DNA of 63,695 nucleotides, filler included, from Globobulimina sp. (lineage: Eukaryota): assembly GCA_003354225.1 (NCBI GenBank). It is 45 parts of 45 records of this genome, joined end to end, with 100 filler letters (N's around TTAATTAATTAA, not from the genome) between each part and the next. Parts side by side here need not be neighbours in the genome. Positions count along the whole stretch, not along the records: positions 46,792 to 48,108 come from PIVH01018783.1; positions 48,209 to 49,525 come from PIVH01018784.1; positions 49,626 to 50,942 come from PIVH01018785.1; positions 51,043 to 52,359 come from PIVH01018786.1; positions 52,460 to 53,776 come from PIVH01018787.1; positions 53,877 to 55,193 come from PIVH01018788.1; positions 55,294 to 56,610 come from PIVH01018789.1; positions 56,711 to 58,027 come from PIVH01018790.1; 37 more parts are not named here. One strand, 5' to 3'. The position numbers and the translations under genes are program-made. Positions within the stretch are counted from its first letter, which is position 1. Each line of letters starts with the position of its first letter. The notes under the pieces are model-generated. The model was given only the letters and a program-made list of their open reading frames with translations. It made no database searches and had not been told where the DNA came from. Shown here one piece after another: positions 48,064 to 59,765 of this stretch.

Positions 48064-49835
48064 ATAATATGTTGTTTCCTTTTCTTCTGGACATGGTGGG
48101 ACCTTTTCNNNNNNNNNNNNNNNNNNNNNNNNNNNNNNNNNNNNNNNNNNNNTTAATTAATTAANNNNNNNNNNNNNNNNNNNNNNNNNNNNNNNNNNNN
48201 NNNNNNNNCATGGATCATGGCCAGTCATGGCTTTTGTGTTCGATGAAACAGATTCTGTGTTGAGTCAAAGACGAGCAACGATCAAAATGACATAGATATT
48301 GTAGAAAAAATGGAATTGTAGATATTAAATCATGGATTGAATCGAAAAGATGTTGTGGAAGCAATGGAAAATGATGGTTTGAACTGGCCATCAAAGTGTT
48401 ATAGAAAAAGAAAAAGAAAAATAAATATTGATGTTGAAAAGTTTGACAAAAATAGACAAATTCACAAATGCAAAAAACAAAAATAGACATTCTGATAAAC
48501 AAGAAATGGATTATTGTTCTTCTGATGATGATGAATAACTATATACATCTTGACTTCAATGACTTGCTATTTAATTGTTTGAAACTTGACAAACAAATCC
48601 AATGATATGTAATGATTATCATATCGTATGTAATGCTTTGAGTGCTGCAAAATGAGTACCACATTAATGTTGCCACTGAAGTAACTGAAAAAAAAAACTA
48701 AGTATGAGTTTCACTGACTCTGCATATGGCATGAGATGAAATGCACTTATGGCGTTAAATCCCTAGCTACATATAATTAAACTTTAATGGTATCATTTTT
48801 TTTTGGATCAACACAACAATATAATCTTGTATACCTACATAATCTCTTGCAAGCTGGAATTGACTAAAAAAAAAACTGCAAAGTTTTATTATAACCACTG
48901 GCAGTAACTTTGAATTGATTTTTATTACTTCAAAGGTCTGATTCCTGTGAATTAAATATAACTATGTAGCAATAATACAATTAATATTTTCTATGCATTC
49001 GGGGTTTTCCACCTTGCCATATTTGTTTTCGTTTTTGAGTGTTTTTAGATCGGTCATTTGCTTTCGTAGCATAAGAAACATGTAAATTATCGTTTGCCCG
49101 TAATGGCCGCATGAATTTCCACATGTACGTATACACATAGTCGCCGGCGATATCTTTATTTCTCATTAAACCTCTCCCAACCTTTTTTTTTAGAAATTTC
49201 CAAAAATTAATTGTCAAATTAATATCAAATCCATTCATATTAAATCACATACATTTTTCCTGACACATCCCAAATAGGCAGTTTGTGCATCATTACATGG
49301 ATGCGTTTCATCCACATCCTCCGCTCCATGAATCTTCCAACACCGCAACAATGTGTCCGTCTCCACTTTGCATGCTTTTTCATCCATCTTTATATATTCA
49401 TTCATATTTATATTTCAGTATCAACAAAGCATATAATTAATAATTATAATTTGAATAACTGATCGAGGGATTAACTCTTTGCATCGAGCTATTTCCTTTG
49501 CGTTCAAATGTCGCATAGCACCGGTNNNNNNNNNNNNNNNNNNNNNNNNNNNNNNNNNNNNNNNNNNNNTTAATTAATTAANNNNNNNNNNNNNNNNNNN
49601 NNNNNNNNNNNNNNNNNNNNNNNNNTCTTCAAATTCCACATCATCTCAGGAAAAGATAAAAAAAATTGTTTCCCAGATCGAACATCTTGAACAAAATTTT
49701 TGGAGTCTTAAGTGAATTTTCATGTTCCTCTAAAAGATTAAGTCAGCAGATGACATGGAATGCATGAAAAATTGTTTGTCGTAACTGATTTAGTCCATTT
49801 TCATTCAAAAATCAATAAAAATCTACACAAATGCC

Positions 49836-49978
49836 ATACACGTGTATACACAAAATACACGTGTATGTGTATGACCTCATTAAATTACAAAGTGTGTATG
49901 TGTATGTGTATACACGCCCTAAAAAGGCGCGTGTATACACGTGTATTGTATGCAACGTGTATACACATGCCAACACTA
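49836..49978. repeat. Palindrome-rich TACACGTGTA/GTGTAT repeat
   Basis: Multiple TACACGTGTA and GTGTATACAC palindromes; ends ...GCCAACACTA. Confidence 0.65.
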
Positions 49979-50154
49979 CTAGTATCACACATTCAGCATA
50001 GGTTGAAACACTAGTATCTCCAATATTATTGATATGTATTTGATATGTGTTCAGTTATGTTAGACTAAAAGTAGCACTGGCGTTTTTATTTTTGAAATTC
50101 CACATAAGTACAATAATTTAACATTGTGTTTTTTTCCAGAAATCAAAAACAGAA

Positions 50155-50942
50155 ATGAATCGTAAGCGAAAACTGACAGCTGACGATTTTCGGCCTGAAA
50201 ATCAGCGAAAAGTCGCAAAAGTGGGAAATGAAGCAACTACTTCAATGGAAAATGCACAAAATTGTATACCACCAGAGTCTGCTTCAGTGGAACAAAAAGT
50301 GGGTTGGGCTTATACTCAGGCTAGCCTTGAAGTGGTCATAAATGTCATTCAACTTGTACTTGATGCTGGTCACCTTGGTCTAAAATTTATTGAAAAGGCT
50401 ATGAGAGAGGACAAAGAAAATTTTAGTAATATCGAAAAATTGTCAGGAATTGTGAAAATCTTGCTGCCGATACATAATCATCTTAAACAGTTCAACCGAC
50501 CAAACAGACCCATTCTCTTGGTCACACCATTAAGCAGCTGTATAAAATGTGACAAAGAGCTTCTTTCATATGAAGCAAATTTTCCCAAGCAAAAACTATT
50601 TCTTTTTCAACCCATGCATAAAATGTGGGTGAAGCTTGCTAGGATACTATGTAAGGATTGTAATCTTTCCTATGGACCCTGGTGTACTGATAGAGGAAAG
50701 AGGGCATCAGCAGAGACACTGAGTAGTCAGAACATTGAACCAATGCGGTATTACCATACTTGGAATGATGTAAAATGGGTGGAAGGAAATGAACGGAACT
50801 ATTTTAGTAATGCTTTTTGCGAAGAATTTGCATCATTTTTGTAAGTCTGACACAACAAGATTGACAATTTTCTGACAACCAGTTTTATAGGTGTCATTGT
50901 TGGACCTCAGTACAAAGCTTTTCCGAAGCATTTTCTGAGGCA
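50155..50942 (+). CDS. CxC5-like cysteine cluster protein (KDZ transposon-associated), intron 50841-50890, 3' truncated
   Basis: L.TP..SCIKC...L...CKDC..SY...YFS..FC..F; after splicing CHCWTSVQSFSEAF. Confidence 0.5.
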
Positions 50943-51042
50943 NNNNNNNNNNNNNNNNNNNNNNNNNNNNNNNNNNNNNNNNNNNNTTAATTAATTAANN
51001 NNNNNNNNNNNNNNNNNNNNNNNNNNNNNNNNNNNNNNNNNN

Positions 51043-51934
51043 TGATGACATGCTGTCAGAAACGAGACTGCATTGCCAAGCATGTTACTGTGCTTTGGTC
51101 AAAGCGTATGTTGATAATGGAGATATTGCGCGCGCTTTGTACACTAAATCGAAAGCTGAGAAAAATGCAACAACACTGGCTATCATGGGGTATATACCGT
51201 TGATCGGCTTTTATCTCAAAAACAATGCTCATTGGGATCCGCATAAATCGCTAACTTTGATTGAGGAAACTATGTCGAATTGCAAACATAAACTACTTCC
51301 AACAAATTGGAATACACTTTTGACACTTCGGGGTGCTGCGTATTTACAATTACTGAGAGCTGCATGCGGGGAACTGGCAAAACAAGAATATTTGAGGTTG
51401 ATTAAAGATTTACAGAGTCAACGACAAAAAGTAGGATTAAGTGCATACAGCTTCGAATTTTGTAAGTTGTTGCTGGATACACATCTGACTTATTATGATA
51501 ATGATTTTAATAGCAATGAATTGCAAATATTATTTAAGTTTTTATGCAGTGAGAAGCATATTGCATATTGGAATAATGAACAGGTTACACCGCAGCCTCC
51601 AATGCTCGATTTGCACGGATTTAGCTACGAAACAGTTCATTTTATTTTAGATTACGCGTTTAGATATGATATGGATGAATGGTTAAATCGATACTCTGGA
51701 AACTTGCAAATAATTTGTGGAAAACGGACAGGAACTGATGTTGCTTCAAAAAATGTGTATGTTGGAATCAAAGCACATATATCTAAAATATTACAATCGT
51801 GGAACATATCACATAAAACACACCACCACAATAAAGGAAGGTTAATAGTAAACAGGGCTGACGTTGAAACATATTGTAAAAAGCATCTACTTCAAACACA
51901 GAAAACATACCTGTTTGAAACACTTTTCTTTTGA
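51043..51934 (+). CDS. PPR-like helical repeats + Smr domain protein, 5' truncated
   Basis: YCALVKAYVDNGD...A; LDLHGF...LQIICGK...NKGRL. Confidence 0.7.
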
Positions 51935-52022
51935 AATGTACGTCCATAATTAAATGATAGAGATCCATATTTTGCTGCTTCTTCTTCAGACTCGGTATAC
52001 AATAAAAAATCACGATTTGGTT

Positions 52023-52090
52023 CACTGCAGACACAACTATTGAGCTAATTTATTGTGGTGAACGAACAAGTCCAAAAGTTGAAATCCGAT
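52023..52090 (+). repeat. Repeat family B copy
   Basis: CACTGCAGACACAACTATTGAGCTAATTTATTGTGGTG...TCCAAAAGTTGAAATCCGAT. Confidence 0.8.
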
Positions 52091-52690
52091 TTTTTTGGGC
52101 TATTATTCACAAAGAAGTTTAAAGAAGAGCCAACTAATAATCAATTTAAAGACAAAACCAAAAGAATGACAATCTGAAAAAGCTATTTCATGGAAATCGA
52201 CGGGCATAAAAAATCATGGGACATAACACTCCGTGGAAATCGAATTAAGGCTCATACGGAATTAACAAATTGTCGTTTTCTTCGATAGCAGTAATATTTT
52301 TATAATGTGCATGTGGTATAATTCTACAATGCATGGTCGAAACAAAACAGAGCACAATANNNNNNNNNNNNNNNNNNNNNNNNNNNNNNNNNNNNNNNNN
52401 NNNTTAATTAATTAANNNNNNNNNNNNNNNNNNNNNNNNNNNNNNNNNNNNNNNNNNNNACCACTAAATGTTCTGCAGTTATATTCTTTGTTGGAACGTA
52501 TGGTAATGTTATATTGCATGTTACTCCTCCTTGTTCCGGCGATAGCATTAATGTATTTTGAACTAATGCAGTTATGGTAAAGACAACAGCTATCAATTGG
52601 ATTATTGTTACAAACAGCATTGCCAAGTACGAAGCAAGTACAGTTCAAAAACATTTAAACATTTGCAGATTATGCAGTTGTATAAGTACG

Positions 52691-53662
52691 TTAATTTCCC
52701 TTTTCATCATCTTTTTGATCATCATTTCGTTTCCTTTTGTTGGAAGAAATACCATACTCTGGTATTTCAACACCACAATTTGCCTGTTGTTCAGTCATTT
52801 GATCCATAAATTCAGCAAATTCATTATGATCAATATTGTTATCATCACCAGCAAAATCCTCAAAAGTAGCACCCAATTCTTCAAATTTTAATTTATATCT
52901 TGCAGGCAATGAATATAATAAGTCGTGAAATTCGTCTTTATTTAATCCCTTTTCTCCATCGTGGCCCTCGACCATTCTATATGCTTTATCCAGAATTGCT
53001 TTCTCGTTTTGAATTAGTAATTTGTGATACTGTTGTATTGCTGATCTAAAATCTTTATTAATCATCGATGCATTCTCTGCATTTGTTTTTGTTTCTTCTT
53101 TTATTGTTTTATTCCAAGTTTCGAGTTTTTTAAAATTTTTCCTCAATGCACCATTCGATTCAGATAATTTGCCTTCAATTCCTTCTAATTTATGATGTGC
53201 CTGTTGCAACTTACCAACTTCGTTGCGTATTCTATCTCTTTGTTCCGCCAAATCCTTTGTTGATTCCACTAATAAATTTACTGCGTTTCGCAATGATATT
53301 ACGTCCCGAAAATTAAAAGTGGCATATAATGACATTATTATTGCTAAACAACAACAAAGTATAAATCCATAATTTATGAGACTATCTGTTGAATTTAAAT
53401 ATATTGCATAAAATATTACTGATAGTACAGCAATACAAATCCATCCGATAAATACCAATTTTTTCTTAGAACAATAATCTCCGCCTGACATAAACCATTT
53501 GGCACAACCACATATACCACCATGCTCTTCTACGTTGGAACTATTCTCATCGTTATTATTATTGTCATTTGCGTTGTTATTATTACGAGGATTCGGTAAT
53601 TTGGGTAATCTTGAAGTTGCTGCAGAAGCTGCTATTCCAAGCAATGCAGTTGACTCCGACAT
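52691..53662 (-). CDS. Two-TM, coiled-coil, EF-hand protein
   Basis: Two TM helices, long coiled coil, EF-like loops DGEKGLNKDEF and DDNNIDHNEF. Confidence 0.65.
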   Translation of the reverse strand: MSESTALLGIAASAATSRLPKLPNPRNNNNANDNNNNDENSSNVEEHGGICGCAKWFMSGGDYCSKKKLVFIGWICIAVLSVIFYAIYLNSTDSLINYGFILCCCLAIIMSLYATFNFRDVISLRNAVNLLVESTKDLAEQRDRIRNEVGKLQQAHHKLEGIEGKLSESNGALRKNFKKLETWNKTIKEETKTNAENASMINKDFRSAIQQYHKLLIQNEKAILDKAYRMVEGHDGEKGLNKDEFHDLLYSLPARYKLKFEELGATFEDFAGDDNNIDHNEFAEFMDQMTEQQANCGVEIPEYGISSNKRKRNDDQKDDEKGN

Positions 53663-53895
53663 GATTCTCACAAAAACAAAATAACTTTGTTTTCGATGTT
53701 TTTTTAAACAAAATATATATTCGCGTGCAAGGATAAACAATAAAGGGTTCAAACTAAAACAACATTAATTGTTGATNNNNNNNNNNNNNNNNNNNNNNNN
53801 NNNNNNNNNNNNNNNNNNNNTTAATTAATTAANNNNNNNNNNNNNNNNNNNNNNNNNNNNNNNNNNNNNNNNNNNNTCGGGAACACTACTGTATT

Positions 53896-53971
53896 CAAAC
53901 CACTCTAGCTAACCCAAAAACCTTGCCAATCACAAAAGAAGTGTTTAGAAGCTTAAGCCTAAAAAGTCAAA
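53896..53971 (+). repeat. Repeat family A copy
   Basis: About 75 bp nearly identical to 62517-62591. Confidence 0.9.
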
Positions 53972-54020
53972 TATCCACTATATTTACTGTTTAGCCACTG
54001 CTTTTTGTGTAAACACAAAA

Positions 54021-54506
54021 CATGGGGTACCCAAAAACATTTTGTCACGAAAAGACGGAAAAGTATATCTGCTATACAAGTTGTATGCAAATTTCACGAA
54101 AAGTACTTTTCGTGACTATCCCTAATTTCTGAAAATCCAGATAAAAAGTATACAACTTATCGACTATATATGTATGTTTCCATAAATAGTCGTTCATTTC
54201 CTTCTATAAGAAGAATCCTGCATGTATGACTATTGTCTGAAATAAATAGTAAGTATACCGGTCAAAACAAAACACATTATAAAACAACATAAAACATGAT
54301 AAAACATTGATGAAACAGTGTAAAAAACAATACAAAACACATTGTAAAACATAATAAAACACATTATAAAACACCATAAAACAAATTGTAAAACACACAA
54401 AATAATTTATAAAACACAATAAAACATATTGTAAAACATAGTAAAACATTTGACAAAACACAGCAAAACACATTAAAGGGTGTTGCAAAAGTCTGTGTAC
54501 CCCATA
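54021..54506. mobile_element. MITE-like element with ATGGGGTAC terminal inverted repeats and internal AAAACA-rich simple repeat
   Basis: CATGGGGTACCCA...TGTGTACCCCATA; perfect 22-bp palindrome at 54094-54115; no target-site duplication seen. Confidence 0.5.
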
Positions 54507-54945
54507 ATGGCTCCATAACTTGTCATATATGATATGTACAATATTGATTTTTTGTATGACTGTTTATCTATGATACATGTATAACACTTTAATTGTTCTG
54601 TGACACTTTATTTGATACCATATAATGTTAATGGCGTGATATCCCAATCAAATACAATATACTAGGCAACATTACATTGTATTTTGTATCACAACAGATA
54701 TGTATTTGTGATCATATGTATAAATAAAAATTGCAAAATAACTGCTACTTTCTTCACACTTTCTTTTTATTTCCTTTTGTATGTCCTCCATTCCAATCAT
54801 CCATTCATTCATTCATGTTTCCATTTTCAAATCATTCATAATATCCTCCATAATAATCCTCCATAATTAACTGTATATTATTGAATATGTTTTGCGAATT
54901 TGCGTATCGTGTTTGTTTCTTAACTGATTATATCATCGCATGTCC

Positions 54946-55012
54946 ATTACACGGCAGGAGTCGAACCTGCATATTTGGTAAACCAATGCTCTACCAATTG
55001 AGCTACGTGGAT
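54946..55012 (-). tRNA. tRNA-like element or pseudo-tRNA lacking an anticodon loop
   Basis: ATCCACG-TA-GCTC AATTGGTA GAGC-A-TTGGT TT ACCAA-ATAT-GCAGG TTCGACT CCTGC-CGTGTAA-T; consensus A and B boxes. Confidence 0.75.
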
Positions 55013-55458
55013 ATTGTATAATTAGAGATCTTGCAGTTTGATGTGTGTGTAGACTCAGAAGAATGATGTTAAAGTAAGTTTTTTTCTATTGTCTTGAATT
55101 AACTGCAAATTCCAAAACAAAAAGCAAAACACAATAAAACATTTGTAAAACTGCACAAAACACATTATAAAACGCAATAAAACACAATATAAANNNNNNN
55201 NNNNNNNNNNNNNNNNNNNNNNNNNNNNNNNNNNNNNTTAATTAATTAANNNNNNNNNNNNNNNNNNNNNNNNNNNNNNNNNNNNNNNNNNNNTATATTT
55301 CAAAAACGCGTTACGTCACATATACAAAAAGTGATACGTACCATATTTCCAACTAATGTGACGTATCAAAACAAAATTACACTGCGACGTTTTTGGTCTT
55401 GCTGCTATGTTTGCGGTTTTAATTGTGTATTGAAAAAAAAAGAAAAACTTTTACATAC

Positions 55459-56610
55459 ATGGCTGTGAACATTACAGAGGGTCAGCTTCTTATATTGTTG
55501 ATTATTTCATTAATAATGGCAATAACTGCAATAATAATATCAATTTGGGGTTCAATCAAATCATGTCAAATGCAAAACTTTCCACAAACTCAATTAAATC
55601 CTTTATTTTCCAATCTGTTTAATTGTATATCATGTATTTGTGTTTGTATATATTTTATATGGCTGAAATTAGAACCACTGGATGATGGTGATTTTTTTCT
55701 AAGCCATGACTCAATAAAATTAAGGATAGCAACCACAGGTATTTTTATATTTTTATATTTGTAGATATTGGTTCAATAAAATAGAAACAAAATGTAGTAT
55801 CATGGTATATCAGCAAAATCTTTTTATTTGTAATATTTAATCGGAGATTATATCATTCATTTAAAAAATCAAAATATCGAAGCAATTATACATTATTCAA
55901 ATGTTTAAACATATTTGTTGTGATTCATGCAGCTTTCTCACTTTTTGTTGGTTATTTCGGCGTTTTAGAGCTCGGAAACGAAATTATAGCAAACATTGGA
56001 TTTAATACTTTTCATTTATCTCTAGCCATTTTATTATTTTATTTATCCATACAATTTAATCGGAGACTATTTTATTTATCGACAGCAATCAAAGAAAAAG
56101 AGATTGAATTATCGCGATCTGGACAGACAAATAATAAAACACAAGAAATCATTGTAAGCAATAAAGAATTTTTAAGAATTGTAACCCGTTCAAGCCTTTT
56201 ATTAACAATTATTATTCCTTTCATGTTATCAATATCCGTTACATGGTCATCGCATAGGTTTTTATTTGATGTAAGTCACTATTCAATGTGTATGGCATTA
56301 TTAATAATGGAATTGGACTCATTTATCGATGTAATTTGTGTATTATTGTTGTTTAAATACGCAGATTCATATTATAATGCTTTGTGTAAATGCAAGTATT
56401 CAAATATAGAATGTCAAACATTCGGATTTCATCATTGTTGTAATCATTGTTGTATTGTAATTGCAAAAAAATACATTGTATCAGAATTGACCACATTGAC
56501 AGTGCCCACCGTTATTGCTGAAAGTCCAAAAACAAAACCAAAACCAAAAAATAATGGTGAAAAAGCAATGGACATACAAACTGCGTGTGTAACAACACCG
56601 GATCCGGAAA
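55459..56610 (+). CDS. 7TM/GPCR-like membrane protein, intron 55739-55797, 3' truncated
   Basis: About 7 TM helices after splicing; RLYHSFKKSKY and DSFIDVICVLL..F...Y...C...H.CC. Confidence 0.65.
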
Positions 56611-56925
56611 NNNNNNNNNNNNNNNNNNNNNNNNNNNNNNNNNNNNNNNNNNNNTTAATTAATTAANNNNNNNNNNNNNNNNNNNNNNNNNNNNNNNNNN
56701 NNNNNNNNNNACAAGGAGTATTGTTATTGCATTTGTGATGTCGGAGAATCAACCATAATTATTGCGACACCACGAAACAATTAGTAGCATGACACTTAAT
56801 ATGCAACTGAAGTACTATAAAGATAAAAAACTTAGTTTGAGTAAGGTTACTTGGATACTTTCGAACGGCGAATATCGTGAATTTATTATCCTTCTACATT
56901 GCAATCAAATTTGTAGAGGATCAAG

Positions 56926-57638
56926 ATGACGTCCTACATGCTTCCAAAATGCTTAATAATTGATGCACGCGATCATATTATGGGTCGTTTAGCCTCGACC
57001 ATCGCCAAACACTTAATGATGGGAACCAAAATCATTGTATTACGATGCGAACGTATTGTAATGTCCGGCCATCTCATACGAAATAAATTGAAAATGAAAT
57101 CATTCCGTGGGCATAGAATGAATACGAACCCACGTAAAGGGCCATTTCATTATAATGCGCCGAGCCGAATGTTTTATCGCGTCGTTCGTGGTATGATTCA
57201 ACATAAAACGCCGCGCGGTAGAAAATTGATGTCGTTGTTGCATTGTTACGACGGTATGCCACCGCGTTATATGCATATAAGGAAAATGCGAGTGATTCCC
57301 GCCTACAAAGCATTGCGTATGGACCCAAACAGAGCAATGACATCGTTGGGCCGATTAATGATTGAATTTGGATGGAGGCATTCCAAATTAATTGTGAAAT
57401 TGGGAAAAAAACGAAAAATAAAACAAAAAGTTAAGCGATTTTGCGCGAATTTGTTTTTTTTTTGCTGACAAATAATTGGGTTTTTTGTTTTGTTTTGATG
57501 CGTGTATAGGAGGTCTGGGTGATATCAAAAGAGATTTCTAAATTAAAAAAGCAAGCAATTAAGAATGTGGCTGCTAAGATGACCAAACAATATGAATTTT
57601 TAACTCAATTTGAATGGGATTTGCCTTTAAATGAATAA
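56926..57638 (+). CDS. RPL13A: 60S ribosomal protein uL13 (L13a), divergent, intron 57430-57509
   Basis: IDARDHIMGRLASTIAK, RCE.I.MSG, NTNPRKGPFHY.APSRMFYR.VRGM..HKT.RG, LGRL..EFGW. Confidence 0.92.
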
Positions 57639-58142
57639 ATACACAAAACATTGACAATTTATGTCATCTATAATAATGTTGTATTATCTAATTGATATTT
57701 AGTTGAAATTGTTATAGATTTTATCCTTGCACTCATTTTTTTATCGAATGAGACTGCGTTGCTTCTGAACAGTGATAAATAAGTCATTCTGAACAAAAAA
57801 ACTGCAGTTCCTTCTGGACCATTTTGTTTCGGTTTGCTTTGGTTGCGTCATTTTATATGACGATATATTCAGATAGATAATCACCACTGTATACAGAATA
57901 TATCCCTTTAATACGTTTCCAACAAACGTGAACCGAGATAATGGTATACAAGGCACGTGATACAAGGGTTATATTTTTAATACATCGTGAAAACCCTCTA
58001 TTTTTTGCTGTCAACCATGGAACACATNNNNNNNNNNNNNNNNNNNNNNNNNNNNNNNNNNNNNNNNNNNNTTAATTAATTAANNNNNNNNNNNNNNNNN
58101 NNNNNNNNNNNNNNNNNNNNNNNNNNNTTTCATTTTGATTGC

Positions 58143-58712
58143 ATGATTAAAGGCACAAATATGGAACAAGATGATGTTGCGCATATTGGCAAATATGATT
58201 ATAAGATATTAAATAATTTGATACGATGTAAATTGGATAATTCGATTGCTACGACAATTGATAAATATATTCATGATTGTTTTGCTGCGCTATGCAAACT
58301 TTATACGCAGATTGTATTGAATTTACATGAATTAAATACTTATTTTAATTCATTGAAACGTTTGATAATATATGAAGAGAATAATATATTTAAGGAGTTA
58401 ATATTGGATTTATTTCAGAATGTGGATAATATAATTATTTATACAACAGAACAGGACGGAGGTGAATGTTATGAGGTTGATTTATTGCAATTGTTGGCCT
58501 CATTCGGCGGTATACATCCATATCAATTTACGATCACAATGAAAGCAACCCGACAGGAATGGGAGCAGGAGACAGAGAGTTGGCTATATCAGGCTTTTCA
58601 AGAAAATAAACAAGAGATTGAGACTTATCATAATGTAATTGTAATATTAACAGAAACAAAGGACCATGAAGGAATTATTGAAGATTGTCTTGTCATAAAA
58701 AAAAGTATTTAA
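58143..58712 (+). CDS. Hypothetical protein C-terminus
   Basis: 189-aa open frame. Confidence 0.5.
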   Translation: MIKGTNMEQDDVAHIGKYDYKILNNLIRCKLDNSIATTIDKYIHDCFAALCKLYTQIVLNLHELNTYFNSLKRLIIYEENNIFKELILDLFQNVDNIIIYTTEQDGGECYEVDLLQLLASFGGIHPYQFTITMKATRQEWEQETESWLYQAFQENKQEIETYHNVIVILTETKDHEGIIEDCLVIKKSI

Positions 58713-58764
58713 TTTTTGTTTCCTTTATATCTCTGTGACATTTGTATATCCATAATATTAGTTA

Positions 58765-58870
58765 CTTTAGAATAGGACCTGTTTGAAACACATTGTTTTT
58801 AAAATCCGCAAATTTGCAAGTCGTTTTGTTGGGAGATGGTGAAGACCTCTCCATAGGTCCTATACTAAAG
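58765..58870. mobile_element. 106-bp TA-flanked MITE (Tc1/mariner-type)
   Basis: TA|CTTTAGAATAGGACCT...AGGTCCTATACTAAAG|TA; 16-bp TIR with 1 mismatch. Confidence 0.65.
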
Positions 58871-58898
58871 TATACTGTTTGACCCAAGTAAAAAAAAC

Positions 58899-59444
58899 TT
58901 GTATGAAAAATCTGAGCTTGCAAAAATCCCACCTTGGGAATTTCTAATTTTAACTAAACTTCCGATCGTTTCTACCATGACACAACAAGTCGACACAATA
59001 CTAACACCTTTACCAGATTTCGATAGATGGGAAGGAGATATAATAAATTTCCCACAGACTAAAGCTATATTCAATAGAAAACGCTGGAGAAAATGGATAG
59101 ATCCGCCTGCCAAAAATCATTGGAATGAACGCAATGGAGCATGGATATGTAGAACAGAGGTGCATACAGACTGTGTGCGAGAATTTGAAGCAAGGAAAAC
59201 AAAGAAACACTTAACAAGAAATAAAGAACATAGAAAAGCACATAGTGAATTAAAGAAAAAAGATAAATATATACAAGTCACAGAATTTGTATACCATACT
59301 GAATTTGTGGAAGTTCAACATTTTAATGGTGGCATTGATTTGGAAAAGAAGGTGATATTTATTGGAGAGAAAGATATAAGAAAAAAGGCAGCATCACAAC
59401 CAAGAATATCTGCGTTTTTTAAAGTGAAAGAAACTAAAAATATT
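58899..59444 (+). CDS. Hypothetical basic protein (partial) with PIP-box-like QPRISAFF
   Basis: Open frame to the contig end. Confidence 0.35.
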
Positions 59445-59765
59445 NNNNNNNNNNNNNNNNNNNNNNNNNNNNNNNNNNNNNNNNNNNNTTAATTAATTAA
59501 NNNNNNNNNNNNNNNNNNNNNNNNNNNNNNNNNNNNNNNNNNNNTTTGATCCCAAATCATATCGTTTTAACACAGATACATCATCCATAGAACTAGTACT
59601 ATAAACTACTTCCGATCCATTCTTCTCTTCCAACAATCCTTCCTTCTCTTCCTCACACTCCACAACATCTCTTCTTTTATTCCTACCCTTTTCAAATCTG
59701 CCTTTCATTGTCTTTTCGAAATTAAAACATATTAATATCCAAACAACATATATTCAACGTACTAA

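Noticed and set aside
48981-49390. Merlin/IS1595-like transposase relic (D...AY.G, N....FW..LK, Y...W)
   Set aside because: Similarity is weak and frameshifted; cannot be supported without a profile search.
54204-54488. 94-aa hydrophobic ORF
   Set aside because: Translation of the AAAACA-rich simple repeat.
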